Positions 38,760 to 52,035 of a DNA stretch of 64,000 nt are shown piece by piece. The translations under genes were made by a program, and so were the position numbers. The notes beneath the pieces are model-generated. The model ran no database searches. It was not told the origin of the DNA and worked only from the letters and a program-made list of their open reading frames with translations. Every line of letters starts with the position of its first letter. The stretch's first letter is position 1. Source of the DNA: Octopus vulgaris (Eukaryota); NCBI GenBank assembly GCA_951406725.2, contig OX597817.1, positions 107,136,001 through 107,200,000 on the forward strand, written 5' to 3'.

Positions 38760-40204
38760 CTGTGAAATTAAAAACAAAAATACATTGATAAGATTACTAT
38801 TGAGACAACGGTACATTAAAGTACATTTCAAATGTTTGTACTTTGAACTTACCAAACCCATGGATAATATAAGAATTTTCAAATTACTTAGCATCATAAT
38901 TTTTCTTTTTATCTAATTTTTCACTTTTCTTTTCACGTGTGGTTTAAACTGCCATAAATGGCTTTCAGTGGCTTAGCAGAGGAAAACCATGACATTTTTG
39001 GAGGGCTTCTAATATTGGTGGAACAAAAGAAGGAAGTTACTGTCAGACTGATGAGCTGGTCTGAATGTTTGCAACAGAATGAACTCTGCTAATGGCACAC
39101 ATGTTAAATAATAATTATTCATCTATATAGTATAACCAAGATAAATTACAATCGAAAGCTAGGTTTCCTAGATACAAGGACCTCATTGGTTCTTGCTTTC
39201 AGTCAGAATTAAGCTGAGTTAACAGAGTTTAGAAAAAAGATCAGCAGGTCTTTAACTCAGGTTAGAATTCTAGTTTAAGAACTGGTTAATTAACATATTT
39301 TATGTTATGATGAAATACTGTTTATCCAAATGGTCGAGTTGGTTCTGTATAGCTAACAGATTACCAACACCTAAAGGGTTTGTTTCGAATAATCTGAAAA
39401 ACTGGGATTATTATGTAATAACTCCAAACTGATTAGTTTAGTTGAAATTATCATTTAACCCTTTGAGTATCCTTTTATTCTTTTACTGGTTTCAATCTCT
39501 AGACTATTGACGTGCTGGTGGACCAATTTTAATGGTTTTAGTTGATCATATTGAATTTAGTATTTATTTTAATCTGCTACATATTGTGCCAATCTCTGAC
39601 TATCAAACGACTAAGGTGTGGTGTAAAGGGAGGCAACTCAATACAACTGTTTACACACACGCACACAGGTGCAGGAGTCATTGTTTAAGAAGTTGGCATC
39701 TCAACCACATGGTTTTGAGTTCAGTCCCAAAGCCTTTTGAGTAGTTTTGATGTGTGAGGTCATATTATGTAAAAAGTACTTTATTTGGGAAAACAAATAT
39801 GGGTTGATGACAAAAAGGATCAGGATCTGGACATAGAATACTGCCTAATTATGTCTCATTCAATCCATGCCAACAGACGTGTGTGTTTGTGTGTATGTGT
39901 GTGTGATAAATGTTCCTTTTGAGAAAATGAAAGGCATGGTTCTGATCAAATGATATTAGATAGGAAAAGAAATGATACATATTAAGATTGAGAGCATTGT
40001 AAGCTAAATTTTAAAGTGACAGTCTTACTTTTGATAAAAATGACAAAAAAACCTAAAAGATTTCTAAACGAAAGAATGGACTAAACAGAACAGGAGGAAA
40101 CACATGGGATGGAGAGTTGCTGAAGAGGTCACAGGATGTGTGAAAAAAAATTGAAGTGAAGAATGCATGTATAGTGCATGTGTTTATTTGACAAAAAAAA
40201 AAGA

Positions 40205-40620
40205 CCAGGAATGGCTGTGTGGTAAGTAGCTTGATTACCAACCACATGCTTCTGGGTTCAGTCCCATTGCGTGACACCCTGGGCAAGTGTCTTCTGCTAT
40301 AAACTCAGGCTGACCAAAACTTTGTGAGTAGATTTGGTAGACGGAAACTGAAAGAATCCCGTCATATATATATATATATATATGCATAAGTGTAAATGTA
40401 TATATATATATATATATATATGTATATGTTTGTGTGTCTGTGCTTGTCCCTGCCATCATCGCTTAACAACTGATACTGGTGCGTTTACGTCCCTGTAACT
40501 TAGCAGTTTGGCAAAAGAAACTGACAGAATAAGTACGAGGCTTACAAAGAATAAGTTCTGGGATTGATTTGTTTGACTAAAGGCGGTGCTACAGCATGCC
40601 TGCAGTTAAATAACTGATGC
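40205..40620 (+). mobile_element. Family-B SINE
   Basis: tggctgtgtggtaag head, internal (TA)n(TG)n, and a tail shared with 48718-49130. Confidence 0.8.
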
Positions 40621-40728
40621 AAATAGAAGAGTAAAAGGGTATCCTGAAATATAACAATTTCTAAACGAGTTCTAACTTAATTAAAATAAGTTCAAAAGAA
40701 ACATAACACTTGCTATTTCATTTCTTAC

Positions 40729-40842
40729 CTGTAGCTAAAAGGTCACTACTATAAGATTGTGGAAAGTCTCCTAGAGACTGGTAATAGAGGTCTGTTGGTG
40801 GAATTGGTAAAATATGTTTCCTTAATCCTTTTGCTTGATGTT
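40729..40842 (-). CDS. Uncharacterised gene 2, exon 4 (absent from the ORF track)
   Basis: Acceptor ttatttcag and donor cag|gtaaga. 114 nt, phase 1/1. Encodes EHQAKGLRKHILPIPPTDLYYQSLGDFPQSYSSDLLAT. Confidence 0.75.
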
Positions 40843-40904
40843 CTGAAATAAAAGAATTCATAAAACATACTTAAAAGAAATTTCACTTAAATATATTAAT
40901 TTAA

Positions 40905-41102
40905 CCCTTTTCTTACCAATCTACTTGAATTGCACTTTGTTCTATGATATAAACTTCTTGTTTTAAAGTGACATAAATTAAATCTTCCATCAAAAACCAG
41001 CAGCTTAATAACGACAAAATTATTTTACTAAATTCTTCATTATTTTTTAAAGTAATCGAAACAAAGGCAGCACATTTCAACAGAAATATGGTAACAAAAG
41101 GG
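40905..41102. mobile_element. piggyBac-type MITE (second copy at 50676-50899)
   Basis: Ends ttaa|cccttttcttacca and tggtaacaaaaggg|ttag. A homologous copy with TTAA flanks lies at 50676-50899. Confidence 0.7.
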
Positions 41103-41424
41103 TTAGTCTAAATAACTAGTAATCTCTTTAGCTTCAATGAAAAATGGACTCCCCCACTTGCACTCCCTTGGTGTTTGTAGTCTTGTGAGCTGCAAGGCAA
41201 CCTTAAGAGTGCTAGTGGTACAAAAAAAGCACTCAATTTAGTATTCAAAGTGGTTGGTGTTAGGAAGGGCATTCAGCCACTGAAACCATGCTAAAGTAGA
41301 CAAATGGAGCATGATGCAGTCCTTGGACCCATTGGGTCCTGTCAAATCATCCAACCCATGTCAGCGTTGAACATGGTAAGTGATGATGATGATGATGATG
41401 ATAAATAGGTTTATATATGGAGTC

Positions 41425-41772
41425 AGTTATAGGGTAAAAGGGTAAAAACGCCCTTTGGATTGCACCATGGGATTGCACCTAGAAAGTTCCCCTCCGAGGC
41501 ACATGTCTGGGCAAGGTTGTTTGTGGAAGGCCAGCAGTTGCCCATGCATACCATCTTCCTCTCTCCACACTTACTGATATTGTCTAAGGGAAAGGCAAAG
41601 GCTGATACAGCGTGGCACCTGCAATGTCACAACTCCTTTTCTACAGATGATTGAACTGGAGTAACATGAAATAAAGTATCTTGCTCAAGAACACAACGCA
41701 CAACCCAGACTAGGAATTGAACTCACTATCTCATGATTGTGAGCCTGATGCTCTAACCACTGAGCCATGTAT
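41425..41772 (-). mobile_element. tRNA-derived SINE with family-C head and a different tail
   Basis: The minus-strand head catggctcagtggttagagcatcaggctcacaatcatgagatagtgagttcaattcc..gttgtgttcttgagcaagatactttatttcatgttactccag matches 9253-9380. The downstream half is unrelated. Confidence 0.7.
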
Positions 41773-42333
41773 CTTCAGTATCTGGAGTATAAATTAGGTA
41801 AGTATATATTATTAATATTAGAATTGTTGACTGAATCTTGGTAGAGAAAACTTTTTTTCACTACAGATTATTGTGTACATCACCTGTCTCTGAGAAGCAG
41901 GTGTATTTAGTCACTGAAAGATAATCCTGTCTCCTCCCTCTATGGATGTAGGACACTAGATATAAGATAATATACCCAGATGATTTAATAACCACATCCA
42001 AAACTTAGTTGAAGTGAAGTATGTGTAAGAGTACTGCTCAAATATACAAAATGTAGTGCATTTGATGACCTTTCATTTAGGGGTTGACTCTTTTATTTCC
42101 CCTGTTAAACAATAAGAGGTACTCTATAGAATCGCTAGACCTGCTAGAAATAGCAGTTAAATTTTGCAGACTTTACCATCTTAAAAAAGGGACACATTGA
42201 ATAATGCAGTTCTAGATATACTAAGTTTGAAAAAACACAGGATGGTCACTATTGGAATACAATTAATGATAGGTCTGCTTGATGAGAGTTGATCTAGGGT
42301 TACTCAACAACCATAGCTTCTACTCTGAGAGAG

Positions 42334-42471
42334 CACTAGTGTAGCTAGTGGGGTGAGGTGGTAGGGGCAACATTTTTGGATCTGCTGTAGGCAATATGTG
42401 TTTTTTGTAGGGTCTGGGGGCAGCGAACAGAAGGGCTACCCCAGGCAGCACACACTCTAGCTATGTTAGTG
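42334..42471. mobile_element. hAT-type MITE (related copy at about 43305-43463)
   Basis: TIRs cactagtgtagctag and ctagctatgttagtg. 8-bp TSD tgagagag / tgagaggg. Confidence 0.65.
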
Positions 42472-43849
42472 TGAGAGGGATATAAACATTATTGATGATA
42501 TGATCTGAGCTAAGTACTAGAAGATAACTAAACCTTTGTCAGTTATATGTTGTCAATATTGTCTACAGCTGTGAACAATACTTCTCGAAAGTAGCACTTA
42601 TTTGCAGCTAACTAGGCTGAAATATTGATAAAGCAGTTAAGAGATGATATACTGAATGCTGTATGTAAATAGTTCTTAATTGATATTCTCATAAATTTGT
42701 TGGAGAAAAACAAAAATCAAGCAGCAATTGTTTGCAACGTTCAATGCTAAGGGGAGACAATTTAAAGAAATTAAGAACTTATCTCTCAGGTTTAGGGGAA
42801 TATCTGATCTTTGGTAGCAGGCAAGAGATCACTGTGGATATGTTTCAGTCTATGAGATCTTATCAGGAAAGGTGTGAAATTGTGAGGATCTTTTGGATAA
42901 TAACTGATAAAGAATTAGTAACGTCCTGTCTTGTGTGTAAATTTTGCGTTTGTTCCTTTGTTTTGTTTCTGCTCAAACTTTTGTCTAAGCCTGCTAATGA
43001 GTTAGAAAAAGTTTTTGCATATATAAAATGAACTGAACTTAGAGAAATGAACTCAAATGAGCAGATCTATGATCAAAGATATTCCATCCGTGATCATCCA
43101 ATCTTTTTTTTCGAATATAGTGCATCTAGGATTACATTACCCAATGTATCCTTTTCTTTTGGAAGAAAATAGAATATGATTTGAGAGAGAGAGTGCAGTG
43201 TTTGTTCTGGCTCTCTATTTTCTGAGATCAAATCCTGCTTACGTCAACTTCATTATTCTGGACGTCTATAAAATAAAGTACCAGTTTAGAGCTTTGGACT
43301 TGCACAGTAGTATAGCTGGAGGGGGTAATGGGCCAGTGCACCCCAGTGATATTTGTATGGGATAGAACGTTTGGGTATGTTGTATAAGCCTGTGTAGATT
43401 ACAATTTGGAGCATGGAAAACTCAAGGGCTACCTCAGGGGACACACATTCTAGCTACATCATTAGGCTGACAGAATTGTAAGAGTGTACTATTTATTCCT
43501 GGCCTTTATGTTCCAAGCACCCAGGCTAGTGTGATGGATTTGTTTGTATCTAGCTGATAGGAACATGTCATATAAAAACTAACCAAGGAAGGCAACAGGA
43601 AATTATCTTTGTATTTATACATAAAAATTCAATGGCAACTGCATAGCATTGTGAAAGAAGTCACTATGAGTCAACCATTAGCGGATGGCACAAAAATAGT
43701 CAATCCACACATGCACCCATCTTCTCTTCTCATTATTCCTGGGAGGGCTATGGTAATGGAGCTCCCAGTTACTTCCTTCATAGGGTCCTATTAGAGGCAA
43801 TTGTCTTTAGATTTTAGAGCTTCCCAAGCACAACCAGCTGAGACTATGG

Positions 43850-44160
43850 ATATTATCCAACTATCTCATTCTTGGTCTACCCCTGAGTCTCCTGTCAGTA
43901 GGCTTGGCTTGAAGAATCTGTCTTTTGTCGATTCTTTCTTGTGTTATTCTAATTGCATGTCCATAGTACTGGAGCTGTGACCTCTCAATCCAGAAACATA
44001 GCAACTTGACCTGGAGAGACTCCCTGATCTTCAAGCCATACACTCTGTCCACTAACATTACTCCTCACACCTTCAGAAGAATCCCATTTTGGTCACTTGT
44101 ATTTGCAATCATACTCTTTTGTTCATTACCTAACATTCATACCTACAGGTGAGAATACAT
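43850..44160 (-). mobile_element. Old RTE-like LINE fragment
   Basis: IRESLQV..IERSQLQYYGHAIR..RRLRGRPRMR is a typical RTE ORF C-terminus. Confidence 0.65.
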
Positions 44161-44806
44161 ACAAAAGCTGAATTCATGATGTACCTGCTCTAGCATTCTA
44201 TCCCCATCCTTGCACACTGGGGTTGATCTAATCAACTGGCCCCCTCCCCCCAAAATTCAGGCCTTGTGCCTAGAGTAGGAAAGAAGAGGAAAGGTTGGTA
44301 AAAAGGCCAAAATCATAACTTCAATTTGGTTTTCATGGCTATCTTGTCCAATCCATTCCAGCAGACAAAAAAAAAAAGAAAAAGAAAAAAGAAAAAAAAG
44401 AACGCCAACAATGATGATGCATGTTTGTTTGTATGTGTGTGTGTTATATCTGTGTATAAATGTTCCTTTTGAAAAAAACGTAAGGTGTGGTTCTGACCAA
44501 ATGCTGTAATGAGGTTTCTCTAAAGGAACTCTGGAGTAACATTACTCAACAGAGTGAAGGGTTTTGAGATTAGGGAGGTTCTCCATATTGAGCTGCTACT
44601 TCTTCACTGAGAGGTTACAGTTCCAGTACTACAGACAAGAAAAAATGGGTCTATGGTAGTTGATAGTGTTTAGATGAAGTAAGACTATGATCTAAGACCT
44701 GGTTGTTATCATTCTGTATTTTATTTAAATACAGTGTAGCTACGACAACATTATTCAACATTATTTTTTAGAACAGTAGGGTGTGATGTAAGTTAGGCTT
44801 GGCATA

Positions 44807-46433
44807 CTAAAACTTGTCTTTGTTGTAGAGTACATCTTTACATAATATCAACTCAACTATCAATATAAATTAGGAAAGTGTTCTATCAAGTAATTAGCGT
44901 GTGACAGTGTAGATGACCAGTGGGTAGAAAAGAAAAATAAAGGATTTTAAATGGGTTATTTCCTCTTGGCCGTTAAAAAATAGTAAAGGGTATATCTTAA
45001 GGAAACATTAACACAGCTATCACTATAAATTAAGAAGATGTTCCTACATGTAAACAGCATGAGAACTTTATGAGGACAGTATAGATAGCAATATTATTGA
45101 TAGATAAATGGCAATTTCTGTCTTCTTGTGTGGTTGGTTGTTACATAGAGTACACTGTTACGAAACATTAACACATCTATCATTATAAATTAGGAAGGTG
45201 TTTCTTCTTGTAAACAGGGTTTGACCTTTGTGATGACAGTGCATTTGTCTAAAAGTAGAACAGTTCTTCATGCAGCACCTGTCAATTGACTGAAGTGACA
45301 TGAAAGGCATCGTCATTCATGGCATATTCGTGAATAAGTCACTAACTGAAATAAGGGGTGTTCTGGGTAAAGTGCAAAAATAACCCTAACAGTTCAAATA
45401 CTAAGAAATAAACATACTCGACATACAGAGTGCAGGAGTGGCTGTGTGGTAAGTAGCTTGCTTACCAACCACATAGCTCCAGGTTCAGTCCCACTGCATG
45501 GCACCTTAGGCAAGTGTCTTCTACTATAGCCTCAGGCTGACCAAAGCCTTATGAGTGGATTTGGTAGACAGAAACTGAAAGAAGCCCGTCGTATATATGT
45601 ATATGTGTGTGTGCTGTGTTTGTTCCCCCAACATCACTTGACAACCGATGCTGGTGTGTTTACGTCCCCGTAACTTAGCAGTTCGGCAAAAGAGACTGGT
45701 AGAATAAATACTAGGCTTACAAAGAATAAGTCCTGGGGTCGATTTGCTCGACTAAAGGTGGTGCTCCAGCATGGCCGCAGTCAAATGACTGAAACAAGTA
45801 AAAGAGACTTGATTTATACCAAATAAAAAGTAATATTTTGAAACATTTTTGCATGGTTGCCTTGGAAATAGCACGTTAATGGTAAAATTTGCAAATAAGT
45901 TGTGGCATTGATATCTCCATAACCCATGGTCAGATTTTATTCAAATTTGTTTTAAATGAAAAATTTTAGGTAGGTTTATGAAATATCATTAAATTTATAT
46001 ATTGACTTAGGACAAGGGTTAGATTGATAATAAAATCACTGACCTTGTCTGACAACTTCTTGCAAGAAGGTTCATGTAGTGTAGAATGCATATGTATTTA
46101 TACAACGTAATAACTGGCAACCAGTCACTCTAATGATATTGCTTTCTAATAAATGGAGGAAGAAATGACCAGTGGGCAAAAGGAAAAAATAAAGAAAAAT
46201 GAATGGGTTATTTCCCCTTGGCTGTTAAAGGAAAATAGATGGGTATATCTGGATCCCTTCTAGGGGCCCTAGGCGTCCAATTATAGATTTCTATTAAACT
46301 GCAATGAGCCTAGTAACAAACTGGATGTTGGTTTAACATGTATGCAAAGTTTCATGATGATTCGTTAACGAGTGTAGACGGCAACTTGACACAAACAAAC
46401 AGCTAAACAGATTGCCGTTTATGTATGTATAGA
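44807..46433 (-). mobile_element. Probable non-autonomous Helitron with internal repeats, interrupted by a SINE
   Basis: Minus-strand start a|TCtatacatacataaacggcaatctg. Internal repeats (ctatca.tataaatta.gaag x3; accagtggg..atgggttatt x2). The 3' end is uncertain. Confidence 0.4.
45430..45807 (+). mobile_element. Family-B SINE
   Basis: Near full-length homolog of 48718-49130. Confidence 0.85.
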
Positions 46434-46772
46434 TTATAATATTATTACAATATTATTTATGAAGAATATATTCTAAAATTACTTTGAAATATAATCCAGT
46501 AAGCAGCTTCTGTTATTGAATAAGAGTTGAAGAGAATGATGACCTAATCCTATGAGTAGATGAGCCTTGGTATTTTGAACTAGTATAAGGAATGAAAAAG
46601 AAACATTAGAGACACTTGCTAGAGCTGGAATTATTTAAATGTGCTGTGAAGATCAACACATAAGCAAGAAAAATATCTTTATGAATGTGTAATATATATA
46701 TATAAAGAAAGTTTAAAGAAAATAAATTAAAAGCAAAGTAGAACTTAAACAAATGTAATGTTGTGAACTTAC

Positions 46773-46962
46773 CAAGTAAAATGGCATCTGTTTCCTCTAA
46801 TGGTTGCTGTCTGCCTTTCATCCAATCAGGTTCATAAATGAATGGTTGCTTTGATTGTTTTGTCAAATTGTTGCGATATCCTGTGTATCGATCCGTAACA
46901 CCCGTGTTATCACTAAAAAGTTGGATCCGGTCATTAGAAGCAGTAATGTGGGATTCTAACTT
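46773..46962 (-). CDS. Uncharacterised gene 2, exon 3
   Basis: Acceptor ttaattgcag|aag and donor g|gtaagt. 190 nt, phase 0/1. Encodes KLESHITASNDRIQLFSDNTG...EETDAILL. Confidence 0.75.
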
Positions 46963-47934
46963 CTGCAATTAAAACATTATCCAAAGGCCTAATAATTGAA
47001 ATACCCTTATAGATTATAGAAATAAATATTCTAAAATATTGTTATTTCATATGAATTACACTGTGCAATGTGATTTTTGACTTTGGGTAGCAAGTGTTAT
47101 TTCCTATTTGTTTACCCCTAGAAAGTATGAAAAATGGCTAATATTTTCTTCAAACTTTGCTTTTATTATGTTATTTATTCAAACTCCAAAGAATCCCTCT
47201 CAATACATGGCTATGATGCCCCACAACTTTTCCTGCTCATGATCAGAGATGCACATATTGTCAGCCATTAAGAGACATATTCAAGTGGTTAAGGTCAAAC
47301 AACTGACAAACAAATCTGTGGTACTGAGCAGAATATTTGCTATAACGATATTTTTGCTTCAGTAACTCAGCACTGAATCTGTCTGAAATGTAATGGAGAA
47401 TAGTTGAGTTTCAAAACATCGATGTCCAAGTTGCAAAAGCAAAGTTTGAAGGGAATTGTAGTCATTTCCTTTGATTTCTAGATAAAAGCAAATAGGAGAT
47501 AACACAAAAAACAAAAAAAAAAAATTTGTTACACAGTGTTATTGGAGCAACTGCTATTTTGCTAATCATTCAAGCATGCAAGAATTATTTATCAATTACT
47601 GTATATGTTGGTGTTTAAAAGGATTAGAGTAATAAGGTATGTCTGTTGTTATCAAGGTAAAAGTCAGCCTATAGTCAACCATCAGCCATGCTAACAACTT
47701 TCTATTTTATATCAAGACTGGAAATAATCTTAACTATTTTGGATAGTATTCTTTAAGATTAACATGTCATCTTATATGCTAGTATATATGAAATACTTAT
47801 TTTTATATGAGCCAATGAGCCAATTTTTATATGAGCCTCTGCATAGTCATGTCAACTGCAAGAAATAGCAACTGAATCTACCACAGCTTTCATACTAATT
47901 TCTTAAATAAGGGATAGATACATTAAATAATGTA

Positions 47935-48502
47935 AATCAAATCAAATCAAATCAAACCAAATCAAAATAGATGAACATCAATGGAATTTGTATCGTTGTG
48001 GTACCAGTGCCGGTGGCACATAAGAAAACCATCCGAACGGGACCGTAGCCAGTACCGCATCGACTGGCCTCCGTGCTGTGGGCACGTAACAAACACCATC
48101 CGATCGTGGCCGTTCGCCAGCCTCGTCTGGCACCTGTGTCGGTGGCACATAAAAAACACCATCCGAGCGTGGCCGTCTGCCAGCCTCATCTGGCACCTGT
48201 GTCAGTGGCACATAAAAAACACCATCCGAGCGTGGCCATCTGCCAGCCTCGTCTGGCACCTGTGTCGGTGGCACATAAAAAACACCATCCGAGCGTGGCC
48301 GTCTGCCAGCCTCGTCTGGCACATAAAATCACCCACTACACTCTTGGAGTGGTTGGCGTTAGGAAGGGCATCCAGCTGTAGAAACACTGCCAGATCTGAC
48401 TGGCCTGGTGCAGCCTTTGGGCTTGCCAGACCCCAGTTGAACCGTCCAACCCATGCTAGCATGGAAAGCGGACGTTAAACGATGATGATGATGATGATGA
48501 TG
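47935..48502 (+). mobile_element. Young RTE 3'-end element with an (AAATC)n head, 63-bp tandem units and (GAT)n tail
   Basis: Units recur at 48131, 48194 and 48257 (period 63). The tail is the same type as in the other RTE ends. Confidence 0.82.
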
Positions 48503-48717
48503 AATCCTACATAACTTTAAACAGACAAGATAGTCATGGCCGGAATATTTTTAATCATAAGCCTGCTCAGTCAGAGTGTACTTGGGACTGAACAACAACA
48601 AGAGTAAATACAACAATCTATATATAAGCAGACAAAACTGTACATGCAATTTAAGAGCACAATATGATATCTGCAGCAAAATCTCAAGAGATAAAATAGA
48701 GAGAAAAAAAAGATGGT

Positions 48718-49130
48718 GAGGCGCAGGAGTGGCTGTGTGGTAAGTAGCTTGCTAACCAACCACATGGTTCCGGGTTCAGTCCCACTGTGTGACATCTTGG
48801 GTAAGTGTCTTCTGCTATAGCCTCGGGCCGACCAAAGCCTTGTGAGTGGATTTGGTAGACGGAAACTGAAAGAAGCCTGTCGTATATATGTATATATATG
48901 TATGTGTGTGTATATGTTTGTGTGTCTGTGTTTGTTCCCCTAGCATTGCTTGACAACCGATGCTGGTGTGTTTACGTCCTCGTCACTTAGCGGTTCGGCA
49001 AAAGAGACTGATAGAATAAGTACTGGGCTTACAAAGAATAAGTCCCAGGGTCGAGTTGCTCGACTAAAGGCGTTGCTCCAGCATGGCCGCAGTCAAATGA
49101 CTGAAACAAGTAAAAGAGTAAAGAGAGAGA
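48718..49130 (+). mobile_element. Family-B tRNA-derived SINE, well preserved
   Basis: A-box tggctgtgtggtaag, B-box gggttcagtccc, CORE-like cttgggtaagtg, internal (TA)(TG) tract and gaaacaagtaaaagag tail. Confidence 0.88.
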
Positions 49131-50274
49131 TAAAACAAGTGAAAATGAAGTGGATAGTAAAAAAAAAAATAAGAAAAGGGAATGATGCAAATTTTGAATT
49201 CTAAGAGAGTTGAAGAAAGAAAGAATATGTTGATAGTTTTCAAATTTTGGTCCCAAACCAGCAGCTTTAGGGGAGGAATAAGTTGATTACATTGACCCCA
49301 TTGTTCAACTGGTACTTATTTTATCAACTCTGAAAGGATGAAAGGCCAAGTTGATCTCAGCAGAATTCTAACTCGGAACATAAAGATGGACAAAATGCTG
49401 GTGGCACATAAAAAGCACCCACTACACTCTTGGAGTGGTTGGCATTAGGAAGGGCATCCAGCTGTAGAAACTTTGCCAGATTGGATTGGAGCCTGGTACA
49501 GCATTCTGGCTTGCCAGCCCTCAGTCAAACCATCCAACCCATGCCAGCATGGAAAGTGGATGTTAAATGACGATGATGATGATGAATATACAGATGGATG
49601 AAATGCTACAAAGAATTTTGTCCAGCATGCTAACAATTCTGTCAACTCTCTGCCTTAGAAAGAATGAATGTAACTAGATGTTATTATAGGAAGATGGTTT
49701 CTCTGTGTATATATAGCATTTTTGAAGAAATTATTTTTAACCTAAGCCTGTCATTGTCATAGAATCTTTTACAAATATAGCAAGAAATAACTGTAAAATC
49801 TCTCTGAAGTTACATATTACCGTTATAAAAAAAGAACATATTAAATGTGTTCTTTTCTATAGCTAGAAATAAGAATAGTCACATATGGAACACCTTTGTT
49901 GATAGGTCTGCTTGATGATAATAAAATGGTATAGTTCTCAGGTTCAAGGTACCAAGCAAGTCTTTCCACTACTACAATTAATCAGGTCCTTGGAAATACT
50001 TACCATATAATTGGTTTCAAATTCTGGCACAAAGCCAGCAGTTTCAAGGAAGAGGATAAGTTAATTACATCAACCTTAGTTCTCAACTGGTACTTATTTT
50101 ATCCACCCTGAAAGGATGAAAGGCAAAGTTGATCTTGGCTTTGAACTCAGAATGGTCAAACAGACAAAATGCTGCTAAGCATTTTGCCAACAATTCTGCC
50201 AGCTCAACACCTTACTTACCATATAATTAAAAATAGTAGGTAAATAACATGTTAACAAAGAGATATTCTCTCAC

Positions 50275-50420
50275 CATCCTAATATTGTTCAAAGATACAA
50301 GTGCCCATTCTTCTATGCTACTCTTTTGGTTTGGCTGCAACTCCCTGTATTTGAGTATATCAAACTTATCCATATACTCATCCAGAAAGATTCTTGTTGC
50401 ATTTAAAAGTTGCATAAGCA
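50275..50420 (-). CDS. Uncharacterised gene 2, exon 2
   Basis: Acceptor ttttattttag|tg and donor atg|gtgaga. Single open frame, LMQLLNATRIFLDEYMDKFDILKY...LNNIRM. Confidence 0.72.
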
Positions 50421-51309
50421 CTAAAATAAAAGGCAAAAAAAAAAACATCAGTATACATAAATACCCATTTCACTAACATCTGGAAATGTCCAAAGCATAA
50501 AATAACCCAATATAAAACAAAAGAAAACAAAATCTTAACTTTGGCAATAATGTATCCTAGATTGGTTTTATGAAAGATACAGCGTGTGTCAAAAATCAAA
50601 CAGATGAATGCAGACTTGCATTGGGAGAGCTCTGACAAAATCGGAGCAACAGAACACTCAAGTGGAATGATTTAATCCTTTTGTTAACAATCCACCAGGG
50701 ACTGCCTTTATGATTCAATGGTGCAAACTACCTGCTTTAAAGGGATCAAAATTAAAGACTTCCATTGAAACTTCATGTTTATTTATGTTCTAAACACCAA
50801 CTTAATAATGACAAAGCTATTTTAACAAATTGTTCCTTATTTTCAAAATTGACTGAAACAATAGTAGTGTATTTCAACAGAAATATAGCAACAAAATGGT
50901 TAAAGAAATAATAAAAAAACTAGCCATTAAAAAAGAAAATGGTTGTTATTGTTATTTAGCATAAGATCAGCCTTAACTGAACAGACTGATGATCCAAAGA
51001 TATTCCAGTTGTGACTGTCCTGTAATATTTGTCTATCAAGGACTACACTATCCAATGTACCTTTATTTAACACAGTGTGATTTGGCTACTATTTCTAATA
51101 GGTTGAGGGACCATATAGTGGCTTTCTAGTTGGCTTCATTATTATCAACAGTTATGATAGGCACAGGCATGGCAGTGTGGTGAGAGGTTTACTACCTAAC
51201 AACACGATTCTGATTTCAAGCCCACTGCATGGCACCTTGGGTAAGTGTCTTCAACTTTGTGCATGGATTTGGCAGATAGAAACTGAAAGCAGTTCGCTCT
51301 GTGTGTGTG

Positions 51310-52035
51310 TGCAATTTGCATTGGACAAAACACATTGCTAAAATTGCCAAGAAGGCCGAGGGTGTCTTGGCATTACTTCCCAAGTCCTTTGTGAGCTGCT
51401 CTCTGGCTATCTATCGGAAGCTTTATATAGCTATGGTGCGGCCTCACCTGGAATTTACATCACCAGTCTTGAACCCCTATCTTGCCCAGGATATTAATCG
51501 TCTGGAAACTGTTCAGCGATGTGCAACCAAGAGAATACCCTCCATCAGGCATTTGCCATATTCTGAACGCCTTATTTCCCTGGGCATGGATACATTGAAA
51601 CTCTGACGTCTGGCAGCTGACTTGGCAGACACCCATAAAATTATTAACCATCTGATTAACAATAACTCAGAGCACCTTTTCAAACTCCACCTGTCTAACA
51701 CCCGTGGACATGTTTACAAAGTCAGAAAACAGCACAGCTCCCATGACTTTCAGAAACATTTTTTCACGCTAAGAGTTGCTGAAGTATGGAACAAACTGCT
51801 GGCATCAGTTGTTAGTTGTCGGAGCACTGCATCCTTCAAAACTTCCATGCTTCCTGAGATTCGCCAACACTACACCTGATTTTCTCCCCTCCATACACAC
51901 GCAAGTATGTATCTGACTCATACACTGTTCACTTCCCAGACATTTGTACATTACTGCATGTGCTTTATATGCACTTTTGACAAGTTGTGGTGCACCTGAG
52001 CACAGTATACAATAATTTCCTCATTATTATTATTA
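51310..52035 (+). mobile_element. CR1/L2-type LINE 3' fragment nested in a family-B SINE (51160-52205)
   Basis: Encodes MVRPHLEFTSPVLNPYLAQDINRLETVQRCATK and has an (ATT)n tail. The SINE head lies before it and the SINE tail after it. Confidence 0.85.

Noticed and set aside
47990-48330. CRISPR-like array or multi-frame repeat protein
   Set aside because: The units are contiguous near-identical 63-mers with no unique spacers and no cas genes. The ORFs in several frames arise because 63 is a multiple of 3 and the unit has few stops.
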